DNA from: a virus
Direction: 5' to 3' (one strand)
DNA length: 64,000 nucleotides
IMG/VR virus record: IMGVR_UViG_3300044811_000050
Shown: in pieces, positions 1-9,056 of the stretch
Numbering within the stretch: position 1 is the first letter of the stretch
Layout: every line of letters starts with the position of its first letter
Made by a program: the position numbers and the translations under genes
Notes under the pieces: model-generated
The model's input: only the letters and a program-made list of their open reading frames with translations
Databases searched by the model: none
Told to the model about the DNA's origin: nothing

Positions 1-1263
1 TTCACCGGCGGCCCGGAGGCCGGCCCGGCGACCGGGATGACCGACCAGTTCGCCCCGCACCCGACCGGTTCGGATCCGGTGGACCCGCTCAACCAGATGT
101 TCCCGATGCAGCCCACCCCCTGGACTGTCCCACCGGGTGGGGAGTGGAAGGAAAACCCGATGCAGTTCAACCCGCCCGGGGGCGGTTCAGACCAGCAGCA
201 CTCGGCGGCGCACCACGCCGCGCAGATCGGTGACACCGGCACCTGCACCGAGTGCGGGGGCAACATCAAGTACTCGGCGCACGAGCACGGTCGGGAGTGG
301 AACCACACCGGATCCAACTCCTGGCTGCTGGACGACGCGCACGTGCCGGCGCCCACCCGCAACAGCCGCTCGGCGGCCGAGCAGAACCCGAACTACTTCT
401 CCGGCGGCGGCGAGGGCGTGACCGGGGACCCGCAGTCGAGCTTCCCGGCCGATGAGGCCCAGGAAGATCCGGATGACCGGGTCAACGAGCTGTACGGGGA
501 GAGCCCGATCTCGGCCGGCAGCGTCGACAACGGCTACCGGGTGGCCCGGCGCGCGGCGGCCAGCCCCGACAATCCACCGCCGGATTCCGATCCGCTCCAG
601 GGCACCGAGTTCGACTCCCCCGAGGAGCGTGACCGGTGGGGAAAAGCTGAGCGCGGAGAGCAGCAGACCAGCCGCGACTCCTCCGCGTTGATCGGCATGC
701 GGCACGGCGCGCGACGGGGTTTCTACGACCCGAGCGACCCGGGACTGCGCTCGGTAGCCATTGGAGATCAGTTCGGCTCGGACAACCCATTCAGCATGGG
801 CCCGAACCCGACTCCGCCGGCCGGCGCGGGACAGCAGGATTCGAACGTCCCGACTCCGCCCACGGCGAACATCCCGCAGACCACCCCGCCCCGGCAGACC
901 CCGGGCGGTGGGCCGGGGAGCATGCCTGGCGAGGGCGGGCCCGGCACCGACGCCTCGGATAGCGCGGCGAAGAACAACCTGCCGCCGTCGATGGGTCGGC
1001 GGGTGGCCGCCGAGACCTACGAGCGGCCCGACGACGACGACCCGACCGGGGCCGGTGACGAGTACGTGCACAACACCTGGGGCGGGCCGATTACGACCCG
1101 GCCGCGCCAGACCTCCGAGGACCGCAGGATCAACACCCCGCAGCGTCCGCGCGCTCCAATCCCGACGATCAGCTCACCCGGTCCGGGGGCGGACAACGAA
1201 GACGACCGGCGCGAGGCCTCTCGGGTGGCGGACCGGCTGATCCGAGAGCTGGTGGGTGCCTGA
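1..1263 (+). CDS. Head-region low-complexity protein with Zn ribbon (5'-truncated; frame open from base 1)
   Basis: Frame of ORF 37..1263 is open to the window edge; CTECG motif; Pro/Gly/Asp-rich; stop overlaps next ATG (TGATG). Confidence 0.8.
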   Translation, partial: FTGGPEAGPATGMTDQFAPHPTGSDPVDPLNQMFPMQPTPWTVPPGGEWKENPMQFNPPGGGSDQQHSAAHHAAQIGDTGTCTECGGNIKYSAHEHGREWNHTGSNSWLLDDAHVPAPTRNSRSAAEQNPNYFSGGGEGVTGDPQSSFPADEAQEDPDDRVNELYGESPISAGSVDNGYRVARRAAASPDNPPPDSDPLQGTEFDSPEERDRWGKAERGEQQTSRDSSALIGMRHGARRGFYDPSDPGLRSVAIGDQFGSDNPFSMGPNPTPPAGAGQQDSNVPTPPTANIPQTTPPRQTPGGGPGSMPGEGGPGTDASDSAAKNNLPPSMGRRVAAETYERPDDDDPTGAGDEYVHNTWGGPITTRPRQTSEDRRINTPQRPRAPIPTISSPGPGADNEDDRREASRVADRLIRELVGA

Positions 1264-2213
1264 TGGCCTCCTACACGGTCAAGTGCTTCAGCTGCCAGAA
1301 CGTGGGCGTGATCAACAAGATCAGCGCGCAGCTGACCTGCACCTGCGGATCCCGGGACATCGACCTGATCGACCCGGCCGAGATCACCTTCCTGGAGTTC
1401 ATGGGGGTGACCGCCAGCTCCGGCGGCACCGGCTGGAACCACACGATGCCCGACCCGCTGGACGGCTGGGACGAGTACGCCGGCCCGCCGCCGGGGGCCA
1501 ACCCGTTCTCGGCCCCCGCCCCGAACAACCCCTTTGCCTGCCAGGAGTGCCAGGGCACCAAGGTCGACGTCCGGGACGGCGGCACCTGCCGGGCGTGCAA
1601 GGGCACCGGCACTCGGACCCCCACCACGGCGGAAGCACCCGAGCCCATGGTCAAGCGGCATGACTACCCGAGCACCCAGACCAAGATCCCGTTCATGGGA
1701 CGCCATCGCAGCGCCGCGCCGGAGCGCACCCTCCGTTCCCCGGAGGAGGTGATCAAGCACACGACACCTGGCTGGGCAGGCAACAGCAGCGATCCGGGCC
1801 TATGGAATGTCTCGCCCCACCTGAAGACCCGCGATGACAACGCGGCGGCCGAGCGGTACTCCGACGAGGGCCTGGCCTCGGCCCGGGAGAAGGGCTACCC
1901 GATGCACGAGGCGAGCTGCCCGGAATGCGGGCACGCCCCGACGCACCTGGTCAACTCGCCCACCGGTGCCTGGTGGCATTGCCCGAACTGCGGGCCGCTG
2001 GAGAACATCGACAAGCACCCGGAGGTCGACCCGTACAACCCGCCGACCGACTTCAAGCCCAACCCCCGCTCGTTCAAGGCCAGCGGCCGGCGCCGCAAGC
2101 CGACCGTCCGGGTGTTCGAGATGGTCACCGTGGTAGCCGGCAACAACCCCGGCCTGAGCAATCGAGAAGTGGTCACCCTGGTTCGGCGCACCGCACAGAA
2201 ATACCCGGAGTGA
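1263..2213 (+). CDS. Multi-Zn-ribbon hypothetical head protein
   Basis: CxxC pairs CFSC/CTC, CQEC/CRAC, CPEC/CPNC; GC3-rich codons; translationally coupled. Confidence 0.85.
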   Translation: MASYTVKCFSCQNVGVINKISAQLTCTCGSRDIDLIDPAEITFLEFMGVTASSGGTGWNHTMPDPLDGWDEYAGPPPGANPFSAPAPNNPFACQECQGTKVDVRDGGTCRACKGTGTRTPTTAEAPEPMVKRHDYPSTQTKIPFMGRHRSAAPERTLRSPEEVIKHTTPGWAGNSSDPGLWNVSPHLKTRDDNAAAERYSDEGLASAREKGYPMHEASCPECGHAPTHLVNSPTGAWWHCPNCGPLENIDKHPEVDPYNPPTDFKPNPRSFKASGRRRKPTVRVFEMVTVVAGNNPGLSNREVVTLVRRTAQKYPE

Positions 2214-2216
2214 TCG

Positions 2217-2720
2217 GTGACCAACTACCCGCGTGAAGGTGCTCGGATCAGCTACGTCGGCAATGGCAACGACGGGCGAGTCCTTGGCGAGCGCGGGCGG
2301 TTGCTGGCCAGGGATCACCGCAGCGGACACGTGAAGTGGGCCGACAATTCGATCACCATGGTGGACCTGGAGGACATCGCGGCGGTGGCCTCCACCTACG
2401 GCGCCGCCCGCGCGCAGCCACGTGACGAGTTGGATGACTCGCTGGCGGTCGGTCCCATCCAAGCGGTGGGGCTACGCCAGGTGCTCGACACCGAGGGTCA
2501 GGCCGGGGTGCTCAACGCGCTGGCCGCCGCCGGCCAGCTCGGTGGGTTGGTCGGCATCGCCGAGGAGTCGCTGAGCTTCACCGCGCAGCGCATCCGCCAG
2601 GAGCCGGCGTTCCGGGAGGCGGTCGCCCAGCTTGACGACGACGAGGTGGACGCCCTGATCCAACTCGCCGCCCAGGTGCTGCTGCGTGATGCGCTTCGGG
2701 AGGGCCCCGATGCCGATTAG
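2217..2720 (+). CDS. Hypothetical protein (SH3-like N-terminus, helical C-terminus)
   Basis: GTG start after GGAG; coding-like codon bias. Confidence 0.8.
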   Translation: MTNYPREGARISYVGNGNDGRVLGERGRLLARDHRSGHVKWADNSITMVDLEDIAAVASTYGAARAQPRDELDDSLAVGPIQAVGLRQVLDTEGQAGVLNALAAAGQLGGLVGIAEESLSFTAQRIRQEPAFREAVAQLDDDEVDALIQLAAQVLLRDALREGPDAD

Positions 2721-4569
2721 ATCATGTGAGAAATGCGGCGGCCGGATGTCGCCGCGCTGGCCCCGGGCCCGGCAGCCCGACGGTCAGATGTGGTGCCCGA
2801 GCTGCGTGCAGGGCCAGTCCCACGTGCAGACCACGGCGGCGGTCAGCGACCGGCACCCCGACATCAACTGGAAGGTGGCGCGCTTCGGCGTCGCCAACAC
2901 CTCGCTGGGTCGCGCCAGCTTCCAGCTGCCCTTCATCACCGGGGCCACCCAGGACGAGCAGGAGCAGCGGCTGGCCCGACCGGAAGGCTGGGATCACTCC
3001 GGGACCGGATTCCAGCCGGTGCGCTTCGCCATCGAAGGCGCCCGCAGCTACGCCCACAAGCTGCACCTGCCCGACCCGCACGAGCACGACTACAGCCAGA
3101 TCCACCAGAACGCCGACACGGTGCGCACCGTCGGGCGGCTCTACGACAAGCTGCCCGAGCACGACCCGCACGCGATCCCGCACTTCGAGGTCATGCGCGA
3201 CGAGGTGGGTCACCAGTTCCACCACCTGACCCACACCATGGGTGTGCACGTGGAGACCACCGACCACGACCCGTACGCCAACGTGCACGAGATGACCAAG
3301 GACGTGGCCGACAACAAGCGGCTGAAGGTGCTGGGCACTCACGTCACCGGCGCCCACCCGTTCTTCTCCAACCACGAGAACGACCAGTTCCGCGCGGTGC
3401 ACGACTTCTTCGGCCATGCCGCCACCGGGCGGGACTTCTCCCGCCACGGCGAGCAGGCCGCGTTCCTGGCGCACTCCCGGATGTTCTCCGACCGCGCCCG
3501 GCCGGCGATGGCCAGCGAGACCAAGGGGCAGAACACCAGCCTGATCCTCAATGGTCACTTCAGCCCGCAGAAGATCGCGCTGCTGCCCAAGCAGCATTGG
3601 GCGGTCCGCCGTAACGCCGCCGGCTGGTCCGGTGAGGACGTGATCCGGCACGAGCTGGGCCGGCAGAAGGTGCACCAGGTCTACATCGACGGGCACCACG
3701 CCGCCGAGCTGTGCCCCGAGCACCTGCGGATGAAACGGAAGATCAGCGACTTCGCCACCGGCTTGGCCCGGCAGGTGGGCTTGTCCACCCGTTACCCGAC
3801 TATCCAGGCCAGCCCGCCCACCGAGGGCCGCTGCACCGAATGCACCCGGGTATCCGGTACCCAGTCGTTGGAGCATCCGTGGAACCCCCGCGAGCAGCCG
3901 GGCGCGATCCCCACCCAGGAGGAGAAAGTGCCGAATGGGCGCAGCCTGCTGCACCGCCAGCACCGGCCGTACGTGGACGAGTACGCCGAGGTGAAGCCGC
4001 AGATCCAGAGCTACAACCGGCGGATCGCGCTGGCCCACAAGATGGGCAAGCTCGACCGGATGAACGGGCCCGGCCCGATCCGCATCCAGGCACACGACTC
4101 CGGCGACGGCGAGACGATCTTCCATTGCCCGTTCTGCGGCTCCGGTCAGGTCATCGCCCGCAGCGACGGCACGGTGGAGTGCGAGTTCTGCTCGACCGCG
4201 TTCACCGTGCAGGTGCAACCGCAGATGCCGGCGTTCCCGCAGACCATCGACGGGGTGCCCGTGGACGTGCCTGGGATGCCCGCAGGCGGGGCGAACGCCA
4301 ACGTGCCACCCGGAACCGCCCCCGGGGCCGATCCGGGCGCTGAGGGCGATCTGGAGGCTAACAGCGGGCCCCCTGGCGCCGATGATCAGGACGACGGCTC
4401 CGATGGCGGGGACGACGACAAACCGGCGTTCCTGAAGGGCTCCACGCTGCGCACCGCCCAGGGTCAGGAGCTGCCCCGCGAGCACTACATGCAGCACCTG
4501 GCGCTCGCTCACGCCCGCGACCGTGACGCGGTGCTCGCCCAGGTCCGCGTAGAGAACGGGAGAGGCTGA
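2710..4569 (+). CDS. Multidomain head polyprotein: Zn ribbon + HDxxGH putative metalloenzyme domain + C-terminal Zn ribbon
   Basis: ATG 2710 after GGGAGGG; FRAVHDFFGH...GEQAA...ETKGQN motif; C-terminal HCPFCGSG...CEFC. Confidence 0.8.
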   Translation: MPIRSCEKCGGRMSPRWPRARQPDGQMWCPSCVQGQSHVQTTAAVSDRHPDINWKVARFGVANTSLGRASFQLPFITGATQDEQEQRLARPEGWDHSGTGFQPVRFAIEGARSYAHKLHLPDPHEHDYSQIHQNADTVRTVGRLYDKLPEHDPHAIPHFEVMRDEVGHQFHHLTHTMGVHVETTDHDPYANVHEMTKDVADNKRLKVLGTHVTGAHPFFSNHENDQFRAVHDFFGHAATGRDFSRHGEQAAFLAHSRMFSDRARPAMASETKGQNTSLILNGHFSPQKIALLPKQHWAVRRNAAGWSGEDVIRHELGRQKVHQVYIDGHHAAELCPEHLRMKRKISDFATGLARQVGLSTRYPTIQASPPTEGRCTECTRVSGTQSLEHPWNPREQPGAIPTQEEKVPNGRSLLHRQHRPYVDEYAEVKPQIQSYNRRIALAHKMGKLDRMNGPGPIRIQAHDSGDGETIFHCPFCGSGQVIARSDGTVECEFCSTAFTVQVQPQMPAFPQTIDGVPVDVPGMPAGGANANVPPGTAPGADPGAEGDLEANSGPPGADDQDDGSDGGDDDKPAFLKGSTLRTAQGQELPREHYMQHLALAHARDRDAVLAQVRVENGRG

Positions 4570-4799
4570 TGACCACCACGGTGTACGCCCTGATCGAGTT
4601 CAAGCACACCGACGGGAACACCTACGAGCCAGGTGACCCGGCGGAGCTGCCCGACGAGACCGACGCGGACAAGGCCGAGCTGGCCAAGCTGCTCGACTAC
4701 GGCATGGTCACCAAGAGCGCTTCGCGGGGCCAGAAGGTCGCCGAGAAGGCCGCCGAGCCGGGCGACTCCCCGCAGCGCACCTCCCGGCGGAGGAGTTGA
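4569..4799 (+). CDS. Small hypothetical protein
   Basis: 76 aa, TGATG-coupled to upstream gene. Confidence 0.8.
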   Translation: MTTTVYALIEFKHTDGNTYEPGDPAELPDETDADKAELAKLLDYGMVTKSASRGQKVAEKAAEPGDSPQRTSRRRS

Positions 4800-5104
4800 C
4801 CGTGCCGTTCCCCCGCGCCATCGCCCTGGCGCTGCGGGACATCGACCCGAGTACGTTGCCCGGTCGGCCAGCCACCGACGAGCCGTGTGAGGGCGCGAAG
4901 TTCCACAGCCCCACCCCGCTGATCCTGCACGACGTCCACCTGTCCAACGGCCGGGTGGTGAGCCTGTGCGGCTGCTGCCGGGACAACGCCGACGTGCTCG
5001 CCGCCCTGCTGGCCCAGTTCGCCCAGGACCTGGAGTGGCCGGTTCGCCGAGAGTTCGGTAATAAGTTAAGGGCGCTTTTGATTCCTAGGGAAGAGGATGA
5101 ATGA
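4796..5104 (+). CDS. Cys/His hypothetical protein (3' end recoded, see findings; start may be GTG 4802)
   Basis: GGAGGAG RBS; C..H..H..CGCC motif. Confidence 0.8.
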   Translation: MTVPFPRAIALALRDIDPSTLPGRPATDEPCEGAKFHSPTPLILHDVHLSNGRVVSLCGCCRDNADVLAALLAQFAQDLEWPVRREFGNKLRALLIPREEDE

Positions 5105-5700
5105 CGCTGGCGTTGGCCGAGCCTGAAACGGAGTGCTCGGCGGAGAGATGCGGGAAGGTGCAACCCAACGGGATGTGCCGCTCGCACTATCAGCGCGCCT
5201 GGCGTAAGGCGAACGCGGAGCACCTCAAGGCCAAGAAGGCTGAGTGGTATCAGCAGAACCGCGAGACAGTCATTCAGCGCAGTCGGGTCAGGCAAGATGC
5301 TGACCCAGAACGTGCGGCGGCTTACCGCAGAAGGTGGGCGGTTGAGAACGCCGAGCACAAGGCCCAGCTGGACCGGGCGTGGGTAGTGGCGAACCGTGAC
5401 CGCTACCTGCTGCATATGAAGAGCGGTCGGGCTCGGCGGAAGGCACGTATGGCCGCAGCGCCAGTCTGTGACTTCACCTCGTCTGACTGGCTGGAGCTAC
5501 TAGAGGAGCACGAGCACCGCTGCTACTACTGCGGCTCAGATGAGGATCTTCAACAGGAACACAAGATCCCCATCGTCCGAGGTGGATCCCACACGAAGTC
5601 GAACATTGTTCCGGGTTGCAAACGGTGCAACCTGCGCAAGGGAAGACTCACGGACGGCGAATTCGGCAACAAGCTCCGCGCCCTGTTGATCCCGAGGGAG
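5051..5700 (+). repeat. Protein-level direct repeat EFGNKLRALLIPRE (5051-5092 and 5659-5700) flanking the HNH gene
   Basis: 14 identical residues; 12 of 42 nt differ, all synonymous. Confidence 0.95.
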
Positions 5701-5712
5701 ACCGATGGCTGA
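5101..5712 (+). CDS. Free-standing HNH homing endonuclease
   Basis: CYYCG...EHKIPIVRGGSHTKSNIVPGCKRCNLRK HNH motif; N-terminal C-x4-C...C-x2-H finger; lower GC3. Confidence 0.93.
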   Translation: MTLALAEPETECSAERCGKVQPNGMCRSHYQRAWRKANAEHLKAKKAEWYQQNRETVIQRSRVRQDADPERAAAYRRRWAVENAEHKAQLDRAWVVANRDRYLLHMKSGRARRKARMAAAPVCDFTSSDWLELLEEHEHRCYYCGSDEDLQQEHKIPIVRGGSHTKSNIVPGCKRCNLRKGRLTDGEFGNKLRALLIPRETDG

Positions 5713-7948
5713 GGACCAGCCGAAGATCACCGATCGGCGTGGGGCCCGGCGAGGCGGCCCGAGTGGGTTGATCGTGCCCACCTCGGCCCAGGTGACGGCC
5801 GCGACCCGGGGGCGACTGCCCGCCGAGGGTGTCACCATGCCGGCGCCGGGCTATGCCCCGCGCCGTGACGGGCTCGGTCCCGACGGCGTGATCGAGGAGA
5901 TGCGCCGCAACCGGGCGGTCAACCGGCGCACCGGGATCCGGCGGACCGGCACGATGGTCGGCGGCGGTGGCGCGGCCGGATTCGGCGGCGGGGCGGACGT
6001 CACCTTCGCCACCGGGCGCCCGCGCGACCCGATGTTTTACTGGCGACAGAACAACATTCCTTACGACGTCACCAAGGACGACGAACTCAAGAAGATCCGG
6101 GCATTCTGTCGGCTGCTCTATTTGACCCACCCCATTGTTTCCGCCTGCATCGACATCTTCTCCAAGTTCCCCTTGCAGGGCATGACGTTCGAATGCAAGG
6201 ACGACCAGCTCACCGATTTCTACGGCGAGTTGTTCTTCGATGAGCTGAATTACGAGGAATACCTGCTCGACATCGGCCGGGAATATTGGTTGACCGGCGA
6301 GGCGTGGCCGCTGGGGTCTTGGAACGCCCAGCTCGGCGTGTGGGACGGCGACGAGCTGCTCCAGCCCGACGACGTGGAGGTGGAGCGCTCCCCGTTCCTG
6401 AAGGACCCCCGGTTCCTGATCCGGCTGCCGGCGACCCTGCGCAAGGTGCTCCAGGAGCGGAGCCCGCGCTGGGAGTACGACGCGCTGATGAAGGCCTACC
6501 CGGAGCTGGCCGCCTACGCGGGCGAGAACGCGCTGATGCCGGTCAGCAACATTTTGCTCAAGCAGATGAAGTTCAAGGGCGACACCTTCCACAAGCGCGG
6601 CCTGCCGATCCTGATGCGCGGCTTCCGGGCCATCGTGCAGGAGGAGATGCTCAACGCCGCGATGGATGCCGTGGCCGACCGGCTCTACACCCCGCTGGTG
6701 CTGGCCAAGCTCGGCGCGTCCGCCTCCGATCTGGGCACCGAGGCGCCGTGGATCCCCACCAAGGGGGACCTGGAGGACTTCGAGGAGGCCCTGGACGCCG
6801 CGCTGGCCGGCGACTTCCGGGTACTGACCCACCACTTCGCCATCGACATGGAGCCGGTGTTCGGCCGGGAGAACATGCCCGACATGAGCCCGGACTTCGA
6901 GCGCATCGAGGACCGGATCCTCCAGGTGTTCGGGCTGAGCCGGACCATCCTGCAAGGCGCCGACCGGGGCGAGACCTACGCCGCCGACGCGCTCAACCGC
7001 GACGTGGTCACCCAGCTGCTGACCCACTACCAGCGGGTGCTGGTCTCCTTCTATAAGGACCGGGCCATGATCGTGGCCGAGGCCCAGGAGCACTTCGACT
7101 ACGACGTCCGCAACGGCCAGCGCTACGTCAAGATGGAAGAGATCCTGGAGGTCGACGAGGAGACCGGGGAAGAGCGCATCGTCGAGCAGCCCAAGCTGCT
7201 CATCCCGGACCTGAAGTTCGACACCATGACCCTCCAGGACGAGTCCACCGAGCGGCAGTTCATCGAAGCGCTGCGCGAGTCCGGCATGCCGCTGTCCAAC
7301 AAGCGCCGGCTGCTGGGCACCGGGATCGACTTCGACGAAGAGGTGGAGGCGCTCTCCCAGGAGCAGGTGCAGCTGGCCGTCGCCGAGCAGGAGAACCGCC
7401 GGGAGACCTTCAAGGGGTTGCGCGATCAGGGCCTGCCGATCCCCGACGATCTGGCCGCCGACTTCCAGCCCAAGGCCGTCCAAGCCACCCAGACCCTCGG
7501 GGCCGGCGGTCAGGACGAGGTCATTCCCGCGCTCGGCCAGCAACCGCAGGACCTGCCCGCGTTGGCCCCCACCCAAGAGGATCTGGCGGCCGGCGAGGAG
7601 GACGGCTCGGCCGACCCGGGCGCGGCCATGGGCCAGCTGGTGCCGATGCCCATGGCGATGGCGCCGCCGAGTCGCCCGCCGGAGTCCGACGAACAGAGGA
7701 GCGGCATGCCCAAGCCGGCCAAGCTCGCCAAGCACGCAGTCAAGTTGGGGATCCGGGAGGCCACCCGCAAGCACTACGAGGCCCCGGACAACTCGATCGA
7801 GGACACCCAGAACGACGACGGCAGCGTGACGCGGCGGCCGGAGAACTACCGGCCCACCGGCCGTTTCGGCCCGCCGCAACACGTCGGGATGCGCCGACAT
7901 GTGGAGATCGACGAGCGCGCCAAGGCGCCCCGAGAGGAATCAGCCTGA
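5705..7948 (+). CDS. Portal protein
   Basis: 747 aa; HPIVSACIDIFSKFPL and GLPILMRGF motifs, acidic C-terminal tail; synteny with Bxz1-like head genes. Confidence 0.85.
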   Translation: MAEDQPKITDRRGARRGGPSGLIVPTSAQVTAATRGRLPAEGVTMPAPGYAPRRDGLGPDGVIEEMRRNRAVNRRTGIRRTGTMVGGGGAAGFGGGADVTFATGRPRDPMFYWRQNNIPYDVTKDDELKKIRAFCRLLYLTHPIVSACIDIFSKFPLQGMTFECKDDQLTDFYGELFFDELNYEEYLLDIGREYWLTGEAWPLGSWNAQLGVWDGDELLQPDDVEVERSPFLKDPRFLIRLPATLRKVLQERSPRWEYDALMKAYPELAAYAGENALMPVSNILLKQMKFKGDTFHKRGLPILMRGFRAIVQEEMLNAAMDAVADRLYTPLVLAKLGASASDLGTEAPWIPTKGDLEDFEEALDAALAGDFRVLTHHFAIDMEPVFGRENMPDMSPDFERIEDRILQVFGLSRTILQGADRGETYAADALNRDVVTQLLTHYQRVLVSFYKDRAMIVAEAQEHFDYDVRNGQRYVKMEEILEVDEETGEERIVEQPKLLIPDLKFDTMTLQDESTERQFIEALRESGMPLSNKRRLLGTGIDFDEEVEALSQEQVQLAVAEQENRRETFKGLRDQGLPIPDDLAADFQPKAVQATQTLGAGGQDEVIPALGQQPQDLPALAPTQEDLAAGEEDGSADPGAAMGQLVPMPMAMAPPSRPPESDEQRSGMPKPAKLAKHAVKLGIREATRKHYEAPDNSIEDTQNDDGSVTRRPENYRPTGRFGPPQHVGMRRHVEIDERAKAPREESA

Positions 7949-7990
7949 TCCTGTCCTGACATTCCGGGGCACCAGGTAAAAGGTGAGGAG
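7949..7990 (+). promoter_or_regulatory. Bipartite motif copy 1 (TCCTGTC-N22-AAAAGGTGAGGAG)
   Basis: Intergenic; spacing shared with 7 other copies. Confidence 0.7.
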
Positions 7991-7997
7991 GTGCACC

Positions 7998-8333
7998 ATG
8001 GGATTGGGTAACAGGAATGCTCGGCACCACGACACCGAGGCCGTGCGTCGGCACGCCGTGAATAGCGAGGATTACGCCGATTTCCGGGCCGATCAGCGGG
8101 TCATGACGGCGGACGGCATCCTCGGCACGGTGACCGCCGTGGAGGACGGCCCCTACCCCGGCACCGAGGGGTATCTGGTCACCCTGGACCACGGCTTGGG
8201 TGGCGGGCTGTACCGCACTTCCGACCTGCGTGACGCCAGCACCACCACGGCCAGCACCGAGCACCAGGCTTCGGAGGATTACCCCGAACTCGGCGACATC
8301 CTGACCCGTCGGCCCGACATCGCTCAGGGGTAG
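7998..8333 (+). CDS. Hypothetical protein (SH3-like)
   Basis: ATG 7998 after GAGGAGG. Confidence 0.8.
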   Translation: MGLGNRNARHHDTEAVRRHAVNSEDYADFRADQRVMTADGILGTVTAVEDGPYPGTEGYLVTLDHGLGGGLYRTSDLRDASTTTASTEHQASEDYPELGDILTRRPDIAQG

Positions 8334-8338
8334 GCGCC

Positions 8339-8641
8339 ATGCACACCACCTGGAAAGACGGCGTCTGGGTCGACATCGGGTGCGGCGTGGGGATCACCGA
8401 GTACTTCGAGGACGGTTCCGATCACGCCGCCGGCCTACTGGAGCGCCATGAGTGTGTCGATGGGACCTACATCAGCTCGATCCCCTTCCGGCGGAAGGGT
8501 CAGGCCGCGCACGGCCCGCGCTGGCTGGTCAAGCAGCGGGACCCGTGGACGCTGTACCCCTCGATCCTGTGCCCGCGCTGCGGGCTGATCGGCTACATCC
8601 AAGAGGGCAAATGGATGTCTGCCGATGGCTCTGATGTCTGA
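8339..8641 (+). CDS. Small Zn-binding protein (DUF6527-like)
   Basis: HEC...WTLYPSILCPRCGLIGYIQEGKW motif; family recalled from memory, not searched. Confidence 0.6.
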   Translation: MHTTWKDGVWVDIGCGVGITEYFEDGSDHAAGLLERHECVDGTYISSIPFRRKGQAAHGPRWLVKQRDPWTLYPSILCPRCGLIGYIQEGKWMSADGSDV

Positions 8642-9056
8642 TCAGCTGAACACGAACCAGGCGCCATTCCCCGAGGAGCTGGCCAGCCTGGTCGACAGGT
8701 GTGCCTACCGGCCTGGCTGGACGGTCGTGTTGAGCGACTTCGACCGAGGCCAGGGCAGCTCCGGGCTCACCCTGGTGATCACCACGAGCACGGTTAACAC
8801 CTACCGCCCGGACGAGCCGATCAGGGTCAACCACCTGTTCCCGGTCCCACCGGCCGCCTACGACGAGCGCTCCTGGCGGCGGTGGCTGTTCGAGCAGTTC
8901 CGCCTGGTCGAGTCGCACGAGTGCGCGGAGTTCTTCCAGATCGACGGCGAGCGTCCTTTCGCTCCGAGCCACGGGCCGGGGAATGATCCCTATCTGATCC
9001 GTGAGCTGGGGACCGATCTCGATCGCAGGACCACTTTCCGGGGCGAGGTGCGATGA
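8625..9056 (+). CDS. Hypothetical protein with HExxE motif
   Basis: ESHECAEFF..DGERPFAP; ATGA-coupled to next gene. Confidence 0.8.
   Translation: MALMSDQLNTNQAPFPEELASLVDRCAYRPGWTVVLSDFDRGQGSSGLTLVITTSTVNTYRPDEPIRVNHLFPVPPAAYDERSWRRWLFEQFRLVESHECAEFFQIDGERPFAPSHGPGNDPYLIRELGTDLDRRTTFRGEVR

Noticed and set aside
5101-5712. Group I intron or intein housing the HNH
   Set aside because: No room for a ribozyme core and no intein splice motifs; the duplicated C-terminus explains gene integrity without splicing.
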